Made by a program: the position numbers and the translations under genes. Positions 24,488-38,138 of a stretch of 64,000 nt of DNA are shown here, piece by piece; within the stretch, counting starts at the first letter, position 1, and the number at the start of each line of letters is the position of its first letter. The notes beneath the pieces are model-generated. The model made no database searches. It was not told the DNA's origin and saw nothing but the letters and a program-made list of their open reading frames with translations. Source of the DNA: Ancylonema sp. (lineage: Eukaryota); NCBI GenBank assembly GCA_050230475.1, contig JBFLGF010000129.1:1-64000 (forward strand). The letters are read 5' to 3'.

Positions 24488-27181
24488 CAAGTATGGCGTG
24501 TTTGGACGTGATTCGCACTTCGGGTTGTTAAATTCTGAATTTTATTTCTGTTTTCCAACGTTCTAAAGTCTTATCCGATAAGTCTCAACCAGATGGTCAT
24601 CCGCCTGCGGTCAAAACGCCCGCGGTCACCGTCCGGCCGTCCGTCCAAATGGAGCTCTATTTCGGGATATCACGAAGCCAAGTTCAAGTAAGGATGGCTT
24701 GTGCGTAGCTCATATACTTTCAAAATAGGACGTGTAGTTGACAATGAGTTTTTGGTATATTTAAATAGTTTTATTTGAATTTCAAATACCCTGCTAAATT
24801 CTACATACACGTGCTGCCCAGATAAGGCATTCCCATTTGTCTTCCGTCATAATCGAGGCCATCGTAAGTTGGGCGCTAAATTATACAGGTGGATACAACT
24901 TTGAATTGAAGCGATTTGTTCAACGTCACTCAATAGTATTGAGCACAATAGTGCCCCTTCACCAGAATTTACGAAGACAAAGTGTGTTTGCACACATTTT
25001 CATACCATATGGGAACTTCGAGGCTCAACCCTTCCCGTGGTGCCCACAAACAACCACATTTACAAATTGATTCTTGTACGCGATACTAGGTCGTATTTTT
25101 GGACTGGTCTTTTGCTTCAACATCGCACTGGACATGCTATACTCCTAAGAAACTAGGTAGCGAAATCTAGTTGTAAGGCGACCACTCACACGGGCGACAG
25201 TGGCATCATTAAAAAAAAAAGGTGATCGCTTCAACTTGTAAGTACTCATCAACAAACGTGAAAAACTTGTCTTTTGCGGCAAGTCAACATGTTTGAGATT
25301 CATTTCTTATTTAGTTTTGTACCCCTCCCCCTTCTCCCCTTTTAGCAATGTAGGCTCCAGTTACACCCGAAAAAAGAGAGGACATCCAATATTATTTGGT
25401 TCGATTCGGTTTAAATGGTTCCTTCTCGGCGTACCCTCATACTAATTTTCAAGTGGGGGCATGATTGCATGTAATCGAAAAGCGAGTTTGTGGGGCCGCC
25501 ATCCATAGTGCACGTTGTCTTCAAGACATTGAAGAGCCCACGCAAATGGTCTAAGCTCGGGGCTCGCAAAAATTAGAATAAATGAGAGGATCCCGCAACG
25601 CCACATAGCCCACAAAATCCGCTACCGAGCCCACAAACCGGATACTTAACCACATTACCCTCGATTAAAGAAAACTATTTAATATGACAAGTTGTCATAT
25701 CAGATAGTTGTCATTGACATTTTCCATTTTGCATTTAATCCACGCACGTCTCTCAAGATTAGACCAAATACGCGAAAGTAGTTTCTTTTGGAATAATATA
25801 CTAAAGATGTACTCCGCTTTCGAGTGTGTCGCCTCGCCAACAACGATAAAGAGGGTTGTGAGTTACGAGTTTAAGGTGAACCGCACGCTGCCTAGGTTTT
25901 TAAGTAGAGTGGTGCTCGGAAATTGCATGCCGTCTAGGCGCGAGTCTGCGAATACTAGGGTGGCTAGACAAACCCCCGACGGCGGGGAGTGTCTAAATCA
26001 TGGGGGTGATTGTACGCCGTACCAAAGCGAGGCTGGGTTGACACCCAGGACCATACACAATCAATGCCTGATTGTTTATGGTCTGAGGTGCCAACCGCAC
26101 CTCGGTATCGACGTCCCCTGATGTGAAGGAAAAAAACACCCTTCTTATGTGCCGTGTTTGCAATACCGATCACTCCTTTGCCATACCGACCACTACATTC
26201 ACAAATTCGAGTATTTCACGGCGACATATGTGGAAGAAGATTTCAAAAATCGAAGGGATTACTTTAAGTATGCCCATCATTAAATAAACCCAAAGGCACG
26301 AATTTTCATCAACCATCATTTCATAGTAGTACAATTGTATTTCTAACAATGTAAGTGGATGAATCCACCCCCCTCCCTTCGCTCTCCCCACTCAATTTCA
26401 AACGTTTCCTAGTATTATTGCATGGCACTGTGGGACAATTCGAAAAATCTGGATGCACAATGTTGCTGACATGATTATTCCGTATCGTAGTCGATTGATG
26501 CGGTGAACGACCAAGAGAGCATAAGTCACGGTTGCTTCCAAACTCGACTTTTATACTGACTCATGGGGGATATCACGAAAGCAAGTGATGACATGGACAA
26601 AGGAGGGGCTCTACCAGCAACATCCCCTACTTTACAGTGGCAACAAACTTCTTAGCTTCTTATCTTCTTAGCTTCTTGCCTTCTTCTAACTTTGTAAAAC
26701 CCCTGTGTTTCATCGTGAAATTACGATGATGGATTCTCATCACTACACACTACACTCACACACTGTGATAAACTTCTTAATGACGTGAAGGGATACGGAT
26801 TTGTAGCAAAAGAGGATGTACAATTTATCCGATCCCAAAACTTTTGAGGTGCCTTCTAAAACAATTTGCTCTTCGATTGTCCAAATGGTATCAATCCACA
26901 ATTTTGCATTATTCTCGTGGTCACGAGAACCTATAGATAGATGCAGGGTAACAAGATCAACACCGAACAAGTGCAAGTAAGCAAAATTACGACTCCATAC
27001 CCCTCCATGCCACCCAAAAGGAGCTCCTCGACCACTATTGCCAAACGTTGATAGTGGCCGCTCAATGTGCATTGGAGCCGCAAAATCGATTGGTTTCATT
27101 GCAAGTTCCGATTTGGTTTGTGTAACTAGGTTTCAATATTTCACATATCCTATCAATGCACATCCGTGCAATCATTGATTG

Positions 27182-27513
27182 CCGTACCAGCGAGAGAAAA
27201 TGCGCCACCAAATCGGAATATTAATTAATAGAAGTACGCTCCAAACAGTAGTGCCAACGATTTTTTGATTAATTATTACGTGCCAAAACTGTGCGCCAGG
27301 CAAATTTTGAATAAATATTTTTCATCTGCGCCTGGTGTTTTCGAATTCTTTGTATTGGATTTTTGTACTGCGCAAAATTATCGTCAATTTTATGAATGTA
27401 TTTTCGTTAAAAGTTCGCGCCAGCGTGTTCAAAATTATTATTTCAGTACGCACCAAAAACGTGTGCGCCAGGAAACATGGTAAGTGTTTTTTGGCGCGTT
27501 ATCTCCGGTATGG
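27182..27513. mobile_element. MITE, CCGTACCAGCCAGAGATAA family
   Basis: ccgtaccagcgagagaaaatgcgcca ... ttggcgcgttatctccggtatgg|ta; interior colinear with 58052-58632. Confidence 0.75.
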
Positions 27514-27929
27514 TAATGAATATTGAATGCTTTGAGCATTGACGCCCCTACATTCATCCGGTATGTGACTTTCTCCGAAAGAATGGCAACTGCACATTGA
27601 AGGGCAATTGCGTTTGGCCACTTTTTAAAATTATACTATCTTACAAGCAGGTAGCGTAGGGCCGAGTCCCTCCTTCTTCACTCCCTTTGTTGATCTCCTG
27701 AGCAAGGGTGTGAGGGCCTCTTGTGTTTGAACTTCAAAAACACGCAAGAAGGGTGAATATAAAGGGTAGAGTGATTTCCGCTTATCTTTTGTACACGTTT
27801 CTACCTTCCACATTGTCAGCCTCCGCCCCTCAAATTGTGGCCTCGTGATCCAATATTATTCAATGTATTGCACCATATCCTAGTCCCTCTCCCTCTCCTT
27901 TCCCACTCATTCATGTACAACAAGCTCCA

Positions 27930-28055
27930 TGCGTTGCATACGTGGACATTGCTGCTACCACCTCTTTGAATGTCCAATTCTTCCTTACAACATGTAGCAT
28001 GATTCCCTTCTTAAACTTACACCTCTCTTAAATTGGTCATACAAACCGTTCACAC
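27930..28055 (-). pseudogene. Degenerate RING-HC finger relic
   Basis: Minus frame reads V*TVCMTNLREV*V*EGNHATCCKE...; a 1-nt shift gives CP/VC. Spacing resembles a C3HC4 finger but several ligands are lost. Confidence 0.4.
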
Positions 28056-29484
28056 TCCTCCTCCATACAAATACTCATCCTCCTTCGCCTTTGCAGTCCC
28101 TTTCACTTTCGCCTTCACTTTCACTTTCGCTTCCCAAAACCATCCTTGTCGAGTTCTTTCATTTTCTTTCATTTTTTTATCACATCCCGAGCATCACAAC
28201 CCCCTCCTCCCAACCTCCACCTTCTTGACATGATGAATCCTCTTCACCTTTCAACCTCGAGCTCTACAACATAACCCTTCATCTTCTCCCCCCCAACTTC
28301 CACCAAATCATCCTTCACCTTCCTCCCCTTCTCCCAAACCTCTTCCGAGACCACAGGTCTCACCATCCTTGAGCTTCTCAAAAAACACATCAGCCCTAAA
28401 CCTCTTGGTCTTCAACATCATCCCTTAAATATTATCCAAAACAATATGTTACAAGCTGCTTGCACATCCCATCCTCCTTTTCCTTGTCCGTCTCCAACCT
28501 CATTCCCCTATAATCCCAGTCACTCTCAAACTCAATCCAAGGTCTCAAGTCACTTGGTTAGACCCCAAAGGCAATCTCATCCCTCTTTCTCCGCAACCCC
28601 AGCCGTAGGTTCATTGGCAACCACCCTCCCCCACCCCAACCCCACCAAGGCGGTGCGGGGGATCTATTCAGCCCATTCTGGCTAACCCTGGTGGTGAATT
28701 TCGGGCACAAAGTCGTTTGAGTCACAACTGGTTTGAATGGAGGAAGGGAGGCTGATGATGGGGATAGGATTGGGGTTGGGGTTGGGATTGGGGTTGGGAT
28801 TGGGGTTGGGGTTGGGGTTGGGGTCGGGGTAGGGGTAGGGGTTGGGGTTGGGGTTCCGGTTGGTGTTGTTGTTACACCACGGTCTGCCTGTCTCCTGTTC
28901 ATAATCACTCCTGAATCCCTCTAACGTTTCCGCCAACCACATGTCGACCATTTGGGGAGGCGGAGAAGGCGGTAGGCCGTAGAGTGGCTGCAGAAAGCGG
29001 GGCAGGGGAGGGGGGGGGGATGAGTACACATACAGGGCAGAGGGCTTTTCTGAAAGGAGGGAGGCAACGTTTTTACTCATTAAAAAAACATTCGGAATTC
29101 TGAGAAGTGCGGTAAACGACGAGAAACCGGATTGCTGGTTGAAGCATTCTGAGGTTGGTATTGGGTGGTCACTTTTTAAAACCGCAAAAAAAAAAAAAAC
29201 GAAAGTCTATCCTCTTCCCCCCTCTACACCTAATGAAACGAGGGTACATAGCTAGGCGCAGTCAATGCGTCACCCCAATAAAGAAGAAGTGATATCCACA
29301 CGTCCGTAGCCACCAAACTATCTTCTTTTGAAGAGAATGGTATCCTCATCACCAAGCATCCATTAGAAATCTCAACACACCTCATTCATGCCTGTGTATG
29401 AAGCCACAGACCACGTATTCAATAACAAGCGAAGCAACATAAACGACTCCCAATGAATGCGTGATGTCCACGAAAACAAGGGGT

Positions 29485-30292
29485 TCAGATACCGCTGCGT
29501 CTGGAACTGGTGCCTGGGCCGCTTGTACTGGGGCTGCTTCCTGTATGAGGGCCCCCACGGCACAGCTGAGCTTCAGGGTGATGTTGAGGTTGATGTTGAT
29601 GGTGAGGTTGATGTTGGTGTTGAGGTTGAAGTTGAGGTTGATGTTGGTGTTGAGGTTGAGGTTGAGGTTGAGGTGATAGCTGATACTGAGGTTGATGTTG
29701 ATGCTGACTTTGACGTTGAAGTAACTTTTGACGTAACAATTCATGATGCTGATGCTGATGCGGATGCTGATGCTCATTCTGATACTGATATTGATTCGGG
29801 TTCAGGACCGCGGCTGCGGAAAAGGATTGGTCCCCTGGTGGAATGGCACCCCATAGGTGTGCGCCGCCATACTGGGCATACAGGGCATACTGGGCATACT
29901 GGGCATACAGGGCATACTGGGCATACTGGGCATACTGGGCACCTGATGACAGAGGGGGAGAAGGGGGGGGGAGGGAGATAATACCACTCAAAGGAAATGG
30001 CTTCCCCTAAAAACACTCTGTCACAACATGGTGACTATGAGGGGCGGGTGACCGATGGCAAGATGGTAGAGGGGGAGAAGGGGACCTGCATCTGTTCCAA
30101 GGGGTCTTCAATCGGATAAGGCATAGGAAGGCGGGTTGGGGTAGGTGGTGTACACGCGTTTTAAGTGTACGGCACTTCGCGGTGGGGGGAACGGGGCTGG
30201 GGAGGGTAGATAGGGAGGCACTGTGGAAGCACGTTCGAGAGGTGCTGCTGTTGCAAATGCTGCTGCTGCTGCAGCTGCTGATGCTCCTGCCA

Positions 30293-30338
<46 letters not shown>

Positions 30339-30370
30339 AGCTGCTGATGCTCCTGCCATTGCTGCTGCTG

Positions 30371-30410
<40 letters not shown>

Positions 30411-30744
30411 AGCTGCTGCAGCTGCTGATGCTGCTGCCATTGCTGCAGCTGATGCTGTCGCTGGAAATGCTGCTGTTGCGGCTGCTGATGTTGATGTAGC
30501 AGCTGCTGCTGCTGATGCTGCTGCAGTTGTTGTTGCTGTTGCTGCTGCTGCTGCAGCTGCTGTTGTTGCAACTGCGGCTGCTGCTCTTGCTGCTGCAGCT
30601 GCTGATGCTGCTGCCGCAGCTGCTGCAGCTGCTGATACTGCTGCTGCAGCTGCTGCTGTCGCTGGAGGTGCTGCTGCTGCTGCTGATGCTGCTGCAGCTG
30701 CTGCTGTCGCTGGAGGTGCTGCTGCTGCTGCTGATGCTGCTGCA

Positions 30745-30778
<34 letters not shown>

Positions 30779-31957
30779 CAGCTGCTGTTGTTGCAACTGC
30801 GGCTGCTGATGCTGCTGCCGCAGCTGCTGCAGCTGATGATACTGCTGCTGCAGCTGCTGCTGCTGCCGCTGTTGCTGGAGGTGCTGCTGCTGCTGCTGAT
30901 GCTGCTGCGACTGTTGCTGCTGCGGCTGCTGATGTTGCTGATGCTGCTGCAGCTGCTGTTGCTGCTGCAGCTGCTGTTGCTGCTGCAGCTGCTGTTGCTG
31001 ATCCTGGCAAGTGGGGGGGAACGAAGGTTAACTACAAAAGTGGATGGCTGAACCATAACTGTTTTTTTTTTTTTTTTTTGGGGTTGATGTTATTTCCGCC
31101 CCCCTGGAGGTTGGCGGGCGGGAAGTAGAGGGGTGGAGATTGGACACACCTGAAACTGCACCTGTGAGAAAGCATTCTCGCATAGCTGATTGGGACGGGG
31201 ATGATGATCCGGGCATAGCACCGGCGGCGGAGAAAACGGATCAGGGAATGGCTGCTCTACGGAGACCTCGGACCCATTCTGATTCTGGTTCCCTGGCACC
31301 CGCTGTGGCGGATGGGCGAGGGAAGGGAGAAGAGGATACTCAGCTGAATGGCTTATTCAAAAAGTTCATTCTCTTTATAATTTATGATAATTTATGAGTT
31401 GATAGAAAATAGCAAGACAATCAGAATGGTACAAGAAAGCAGACTGAGATATAATATTGATGAGCAATAACTGATATGTGAAAGGGTTGGGAATGACAAA
31501 CTCCCAGACAGCAAGCATATGTACTTTAAACCATGAACTCGAATACTTCAACGTGTCAGTAGATTCCAGTACCAGAACGTGGGCAAGAATGGCAAAGCAA
31601 TCCCTTAGATTTTACTAAAGATCATTTGGCGACAAGAATGAAAGTGCGGAATCTTTAGCTCCACAAAAGTAAGCGACTAGAAGATTAAAGAGAGGTGCAC
31701 GATACTGCTCTATGCACGTTCTAGCAGTAAGATTTCCTTGGCGATTATGAGATCGCACTACAACGAGACACAAGAGAAAAAAAAAACACCCTGTATTCTC
31801 GTGTACCCTGACCTGCATCGGCAATTGCAGCTGATATAGCAGCAGCTGTTGCTGCTGCTGATTCTGCTGATGTGATTGGAAAGAAAAGTAGCGTAGTGTA
31901 GTGCTCGGGCCAGGTAATTCCGCTTTGACAACTGACCAGGACGTACTTTCAGGTTTC
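29485..31957 (-). CDS. Low-complexity Gln-rich protein gene (partial model, possibly pseudogene)
   Basis: Exon ending QQNQQQQQLLLYQLQLPMQ|GT (31813); acceptor ttgccag at 31005 opens a ~250-codon Q/L/H tract; acceptor tcatcag at ~29943 opens (AQY/ALY)x8 and QH/QP repeats. Start codon and full exon chain not resolved. Confidence 0.45.
30242..31000. repeat. Interrupted (CTG/CAG)n tract, ~760 bp, with higher-order sub-duplications
   Basis: Continuous gct/gca/gat/gtt triplets; blocks such as gctgctgtcgctggaggtgctgct recur at 30652 and 30700. Confidence 0.95.
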
Positions 31958-32055
31958 TACAAGATAATATGGCGGTTTTTATTTTCCTCGGAACACCAAC
32001 AGAGATTCCCCGTAACTCACGGTGGCCGTTAGTTCCCAGGTTGGTTTATTTTTTG

Positions 32056-34210
32056 GGGAACGCGTATCCGCACCCACTTTTCCTCATCCGCACCCAGTCG
32101 GCCAGTCGCTTACCGGCTGATGATTCCGCCGTTTGAAACTTGCCGTCGAGTTACCCGGTGCTACACGTAAAATCGATGCTGACGTTAATCTTGGTAGTAT
32201 CTCGGTTTATCGTGGCATAATCGCCGCTGTACGTGAACCAGCGTCACCCGGTCCACGGCCTTTCCCGATTCGATTTCTTTACTACCTTCCTTGGCTGCCA
32301 CGATTTATCCGCATCGAGTGCATACCCTACCTTTCTTTAAAATTTTAAGATGAAAATATTGCTCTGACAATTTTTTTGTTTTCGCGGAAGAAAAAAATAA
32401 AAAATGGCTTTATGCTTCCTGTTATGCTGTTTGCGCGCGCTTTCTTGCCATATTATTGTTTCGTACTGTGCTATATTCTGACGTCAGAAATATTTTTCGT
32501 AAATCAATTTCAAGAGAAGTTGAAACTGGAATCACAAGGCGTGTCTCCGAATTCAATTTGGTTGCAAAATCGCTCAGATCGGATAAATTGAAGGGCTGCG
32601 GATGACAATAGCCCGTAGTGAAAGGTTCGCCGGCAGCGTCAGGGTGCAGTTGAGGCTGAATTGAGTGGAAAGGGAGGCTACCAGACCTCATGCTTCGTTT
32701 CGCTGATGTGGCAATATTGTTACACGTGGGCAGTCCGGGTTATCTAATTATTTTTGACGGCGAGTTTCAAACGGCCAAATCACCAGCCGTTATGCGACTG
32801 GCCGACTGGGTGCAGATGAGGAAAAGTGGGTGCGGATTAGGGTGGCGGTGTACCCTTCACCCGGAAAACCCTTAGCCCGTAACCCTGAGGTATTAACCCG
32901 CAAATAACCCGGCAGCCAAAAACCGGGTTAAATACCCACAATAACCTGGAATAACCCTCATACCCGAAAATACCCGGAATACCCCAGGGTATTTGAGAGT
33001 ATTTGAGGGTATATGAGGGGTATTTGAGGGTATTCCAGGGTACATGAGGTAAGGTTCTTCCGGGGTTTTTTTCTCATATAAAGGTCTTTTATCGCCTAAT
33101 TTCAGTTACGAATCTGTGTGGCCTGGCCGTGGCCAAGAAAACCTTGTTGCGAACGGCGCGAACCCTATCCCCTTTGTCGGCGACAGGTTGTCTCCAGGCT
33201 GCCTAAGTAGGACTTGTGTAGAGGTCGCGGATAGCTATGTGGGTGGGTGGCTGATTTACTGAGTGAGCGCAAGTGGGAATCCCAGCAAGGGGCGTACCCC
33301 CCAAGGGAAAATGGGGTTGGAGAAAATCTCCCCTCGCAACAATTTTCTCGAATGCATTGGAGCCCCTTAGCATAAGATGCCTTAGCTAATTGTCATATGA
33401 ATCTTTTCTTAGAGTAGTTATGATCGTTCCTACCTTGGTATGACTTTTTTTTGTGAATATATTTATTGACTCGTGGTTCTCGAATATGATGGTAGCAACT
33501 CGTGGATCAATCTCTTCAGGGTGTTGTAAACATTTATCAATCTCCTTTTTAATATTTTTCGGCCTCAATTGAAAATAATTTGCATGCTATGCTATTTCAT
33601 ACTATCAAGTGTTTGAAAAGGGATAAAATCGAAGACGTGGCAAAGAGGCCCTTCACAAAAAACACAATCACAAGGTGTATGTCGCGCATAACACTAGTAT
33701 GATACAAGCGTCACCCAAACAACATGTTAGTGTCCATCAAGTCATAATGACAAAACTACTAAAAGGATTCATAAGTAACATTTTCTTACATTCACCTTAA
33801 GAATAAGATGATCGAGTCACTATGGTTGACATGCTCCATTTTTACAATGATACCGTCAAATACTCGTGTATACAACGTCTATGCTTTCCAGTTGCGTGTC
33901 TTTCAAAGAGACTCTCTTAACATGCAAATTTTAGTCATGCAAAGTTTTTTTATATAAAAATAAGGTTTTTTTTCCAGCTGTTGATAGGGTATAATACCCC
34001 CAGGGTATGTTAGGATATGCTAGGGTTATTCGGGGTATTTGAGGGTATTTAGGGATATTTCCGGGTATTGAAGGGTTATTGAGGGTACGGTGGGGGTAAT
34101 TAGGGGTACGTTAGGGTATTTGCGGGTTATTTGAGGGTATATGCGGGCTATTTTTAAACGGGACAAAAACAATGCGGGTTACCGGCACCCTAGTGCGGAT
34201 ACGCGTTCCC
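32056..34210. mobile_element. Mutator-like non-autonomous element with 9-bp TSD; right TIR split by a hAT insertion
   Basis: TSD TATTTTTTG at 32047-32055 and 34211-34219; long TIR gggaacgcgtatccgcacccacttttcctcatc... mirrored at ~32780-32837 plus 34201-34210. Confidence 0.9.
32838..34192. mobile_element. Non-autonomous hAT element with 8-bp TSD
   Basis: TSD GTGCGGAT at 32830-32837 and 34193-34200; TIR tagggtggcggt / accggcacccta; many taccc/gggta subterminal motifs. Confidence 0.92.
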
Positions 34211-36065
34211 TATTTTTTGATGACTCGGGTAGAGTGTTATTAACTCGAAGGTCCTGCAGGTTATCGGTCATTATTCACCTCGGAACGTTTCGGCGTCCGA
34301 GAACTTTATTTCTGCCCGAACTCACGCGTGTAAACGAAATTCCGAGACGTCGTCGGGAATTTGTAATCATTACGCGTACGATCTAGGACGGTTTCCAACG
34401 ATGGGATGTTCGGTGCAAACTAGTCTTTAAATTCCTCGTAACGGATTTGTCGTTTTTCAAACGATTCGACAACGTGCCGTAGGACGCCGACCTTTTTCCC
34501 AATTTGCCAAGAGGTTACCACACATTCCCGGGGAAAAAGTGGGATACCTTTTAGGATTCCCAGAGGCCGTTCCCGGTGGCATTCCTGGCCTAAGAATCTG
34601 CATTGGAACCTAACAACCTGTCGTGCAGGTGTATCGAAATATACGGTACCCCACCCGAACATTGGGGATGGCGATTTTCGCGGTGGGAGTTAATAACCAG
34701 CTGTCATAAATATGTACGACAGAATTGTAATATGCACGTGCGGGTATGGACAACGACAAATTACCGCCGTCCGTGAACTTCAATAACCTCTCATGTTAAA
34801 AATAGGAGAATCTTGGACGTCAAATCTGGGAGCTTGGGACTAAGTTTGTCGCGATCTACCACAGAAAAGATCTTCCATTTAGTTCGGGATGCGTGATGAT
34901 GGCTCAGTTCCCAGGTGGTTCATAGGAAAATAAAAACCGCCAATGTCATAACAACGGACAACGGGCGAGTTTTCGTGCGCCTACTAGGCACTGTACTAGC
35001 TAGTGCTCACTTTGGCCGTAAAACCTTCGTAACTCAATATTGTCTAAGAAACTTGGCCTACGATGGGGGTAGAGGATCGGCGAGCGCAGTGGCCCTTGCG
35101 CTCAGCGCTCCGAGCTAAGTGAGCGCAAGATCACGCTCATGAGCGTATTAGGGCATTCACTATCCCCGCCGACTTAGCCCGTTTGACTTGACTTAAACGA
35201 AAGTAATCATTACCCCGTCTTTTGCCTGTTTTGCTTAGCTTAGCGAGTGCGGGTATCCCCGGGATTTCATGAAATTTAACCAAGCCAGGACGGGGTCGTT
35301 ATCGCCCGTCGGTACTGGCACTTAATACTTAAATAATGCCGCATGGAGCGGCACGTGTGGCTGCCACATCAGCGAAACATAATTTCGTGGCTGGTAGCCT
35401 CCTCTCCTCTTCCAGCCGGCGTTCCTACCTCCTCTACGATTTATCCGCTCTACACCGATTCATTTCTGCTTGAGGAGCGGAAACACGCATACGAATTCTT
35501 ACCTTCTCTTCTTCTAGAATTGATTTACAATAAAAAAATTTGTCTTTTAAATAATGCACAGCTTCAAAATTAGAAAAATCATTCCCAGCACGCGCGAAAT
35601 GTGATAGTTCAAAAAAAGGACGTCAATTTTTCTTGATTTTTTTTTCAGAAACTAGAAGATGTTTGCAACTATCGATCTGTGAATACAGCATGAAATTTGG
35701 AGAAGAATACACTTGATGCGGGCAAATCGTGTCAGCGCCTGAGTGTGTGGAATGTGAGTGAGGAGGTCTTCTGCGCTTAGTGCCCTAGAATTCAGGCGGG
35801 GCGGCTTCCCCGTAACCAGAATTTCATGACGCGACATACACGAGCGATTGACTTTAGCGTTCGCGTTCTTATTGGCGCAGCTAAGCCTTACGCGTGCGGC
35901 GCTAAGTCCCGCACGCGTGTGGACTTTCGACTTAGCAGCTTCGCAAGTCCAAATTTTAAGTCTTTTGGTGAAAGACTTAGCATGGCGCTTCTTAAGTCTA
36001 AGTCGTGTCGGGCGATAACGAATGCCTATTGTGGGTCGGAAAGACTTACTAGGTGTTTTCTGATA

Positions 36066-37330
36066 GGGAGCCCTTACTGCCAAATGTGTTTTCCTAATGC
36101 CAAATGAGATTCTCCCGAGATTCTGCCACCAGAACTTACGGGGACTGTAGATACGGATCGAACAACCTTTGAGGCCTGAGAGCCGCCGGTCTGTAGTACG
36201 GCCTAGTTTGTTGATCCCAACTCTAGATATTTTACAACTTCGGGCCGCAATAAAAAAAGCACCGCCCGTCTGTGCGACGTGGCCCCTTCTGAAGCCTGCG
36301 ATTCAAAGTCCCGGCCCACGTCCGAAAATCTAGGGATAGGAGAAGCCACCCAAATTCTTTGGGCTGCGGGGTGCGGAAGCTCGTTGCCCAGCTTGCAGCC
36401 CACGGCCCAGTGTTAGGAATTGAGTTCGGATAGGCACATTAATAACTTATTTGCCTTGTCCGGCTTATTGCCTTAGAGTCTTTTAGGACACGGAGCCGGG
36501 AAAGACACGGAGCCGGGAATGCTATACCCGTGTATCCGTCCGCACACGGCACGTCCACACTTGTACGGACGTGACCAAGCTAATAGTCGTTGTAGAATGC
36601 CCCATTAGCTGGATTTGTGTGGTGACAGTCGAGTCCGACAGTCGATTCCAGTAATCATTGTACCGCTGTCGCCGCGTCGGGTACATTAGCCCGACGAGAA
36701 CGCGTTCATAATGAACATTTCACAATCATACCGAATCGTTGGTGCTTTACCGTACAGCTATTTTGTCTTGTATTGTAAAGCATTGAACTTGTGCGCTACC
36801 GTGTTAAGTGACAAATCGTTTTACCTAGCTCGGAGCCCGCAGCCTAGCTTCACAGTATGCAACCCGCAGCCCAGATTTCAGGCCATTCTTTTTGCGTTGG
36901 AAGCTCGGCTGCGGGAATGCGAGATCGGGGAAAAATTCAGTGTCCTCCGAGCTGCATCCCATTCTTTGGGCTGCGATCTGGGCTGCCAGCTGTATTCTGG
37001 GAGGCGGGGTTGCGGGCTACAATTTGGGCCGCGAGCTCTCGCCGCCCGCAGCCCATATGGTTTGTGTTGCCTTCCCCTATCCGGGAATTTGAGTAGCAGG
37101 CTGAAGAAGGGGCCACGTCGCATAGACGGGCGGTGAAAATTGTTGTTGCGGCCCGTGGTTCTATAATATCTCAGTTGGGATCAATAAACTAGGCCGTACT
37201 ACAAACCGACGGCTCACGGGCCACAAAGGGTTGTTCGAGCCGTATCTACGGTCCCTGTAAGTTCCGACGGGAGAATCTTGGGAGACTCTCATTTGGCCTT
37301 AGGAAAGTACATTTGGCAGTAGGAGCTCCC
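36066..37330. mobile_element. Mutator-like element with ~250-bp TIRs and 9-bp TSD
   Basis: TSD TTTCTGATA at 36057-36065 and 37331-37339; TIR gggagcccttactgccaaatgt... (36066-~36313) mirrored at ~37081-37330. Confidence 0.92.
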
Positions 37331-38138
37331 TTTCTGATATTTCCTTACGTTAGGCACGTGTTTCCACATGTGCCGCACGCTTTCCTTCGTTCATAAGGAT
37401 TTCCTATCGCAAGGATGTGATTCTTCAGAGATCGTCGTCATACAAGCGTACTTGCAATCATTTGAGGACCTCCTTCCGCAAGGAAATTTGTGGTGCCGCC
37501 CTGTACGCACGCGCAGGCAAGATTCTGTAGTTTTTTTACAAAGAATCGACGGCGGAGAATGGAACGACTTGAATCCTTTGAACGGTCCACAACATTTGGC
37601 GTCCAGCCAGAAAAGCGGGTGGAACGAAAACGATAATTTATGATGAACCGAAAGAATCTAACCGCAAGGAAAATTTCCTTCCTGCGCTAGGAGTGGTAAA
37701 ACGTCCCCTACCACTTTTGGCAGGGAAATATTTTTCGAATCTCCTAATGTAAAGAGATACGTGCGGAAACTTGCGAGACCGTGCAAACCAACAGATTTCT
37801 CATACAGTATCAGAAAACGGGCAGATTTCGACCTAACGCATAAGGATAACTTCCTACCGTGATCCTAGCGCTAGGGATGGGGCGCAACCCCAAACCCCTT
37901 TGGGTTGCGTGTTGTTGTTTTTTTCGCAACCCCACGCAACCCCACCCAACCCCACGCAACCCCAAGTAGCAACACGCAACCCCAAAAAGCAATACGCAAC
38001 CCCGAAAAGCAACATGCAACCCCGGGTACGGGCACGTACATCCGATACGGGATATCAGAAAACTACCCGAATTCGACCTTACGCCGCGAGAGTCTCAGAA
38101 AACGGGCTGATCCCGACCCAAAGCCCGTCCTAACGTAA

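Noticed and set aside
28760..28855. (TTGGGG)n as a telomere
   Set aside because: Short, degenerate at every third base and internal; better explained as a dipeptide-coding repeat.
30007..31128. Poly-Ala, poly-Ser and poly-Leu ORFs
   Set aside because: Alternative frames of the CAG/CTG tract; the splice acceptor and neighbouring exons favour the minus-strand Gln frame.
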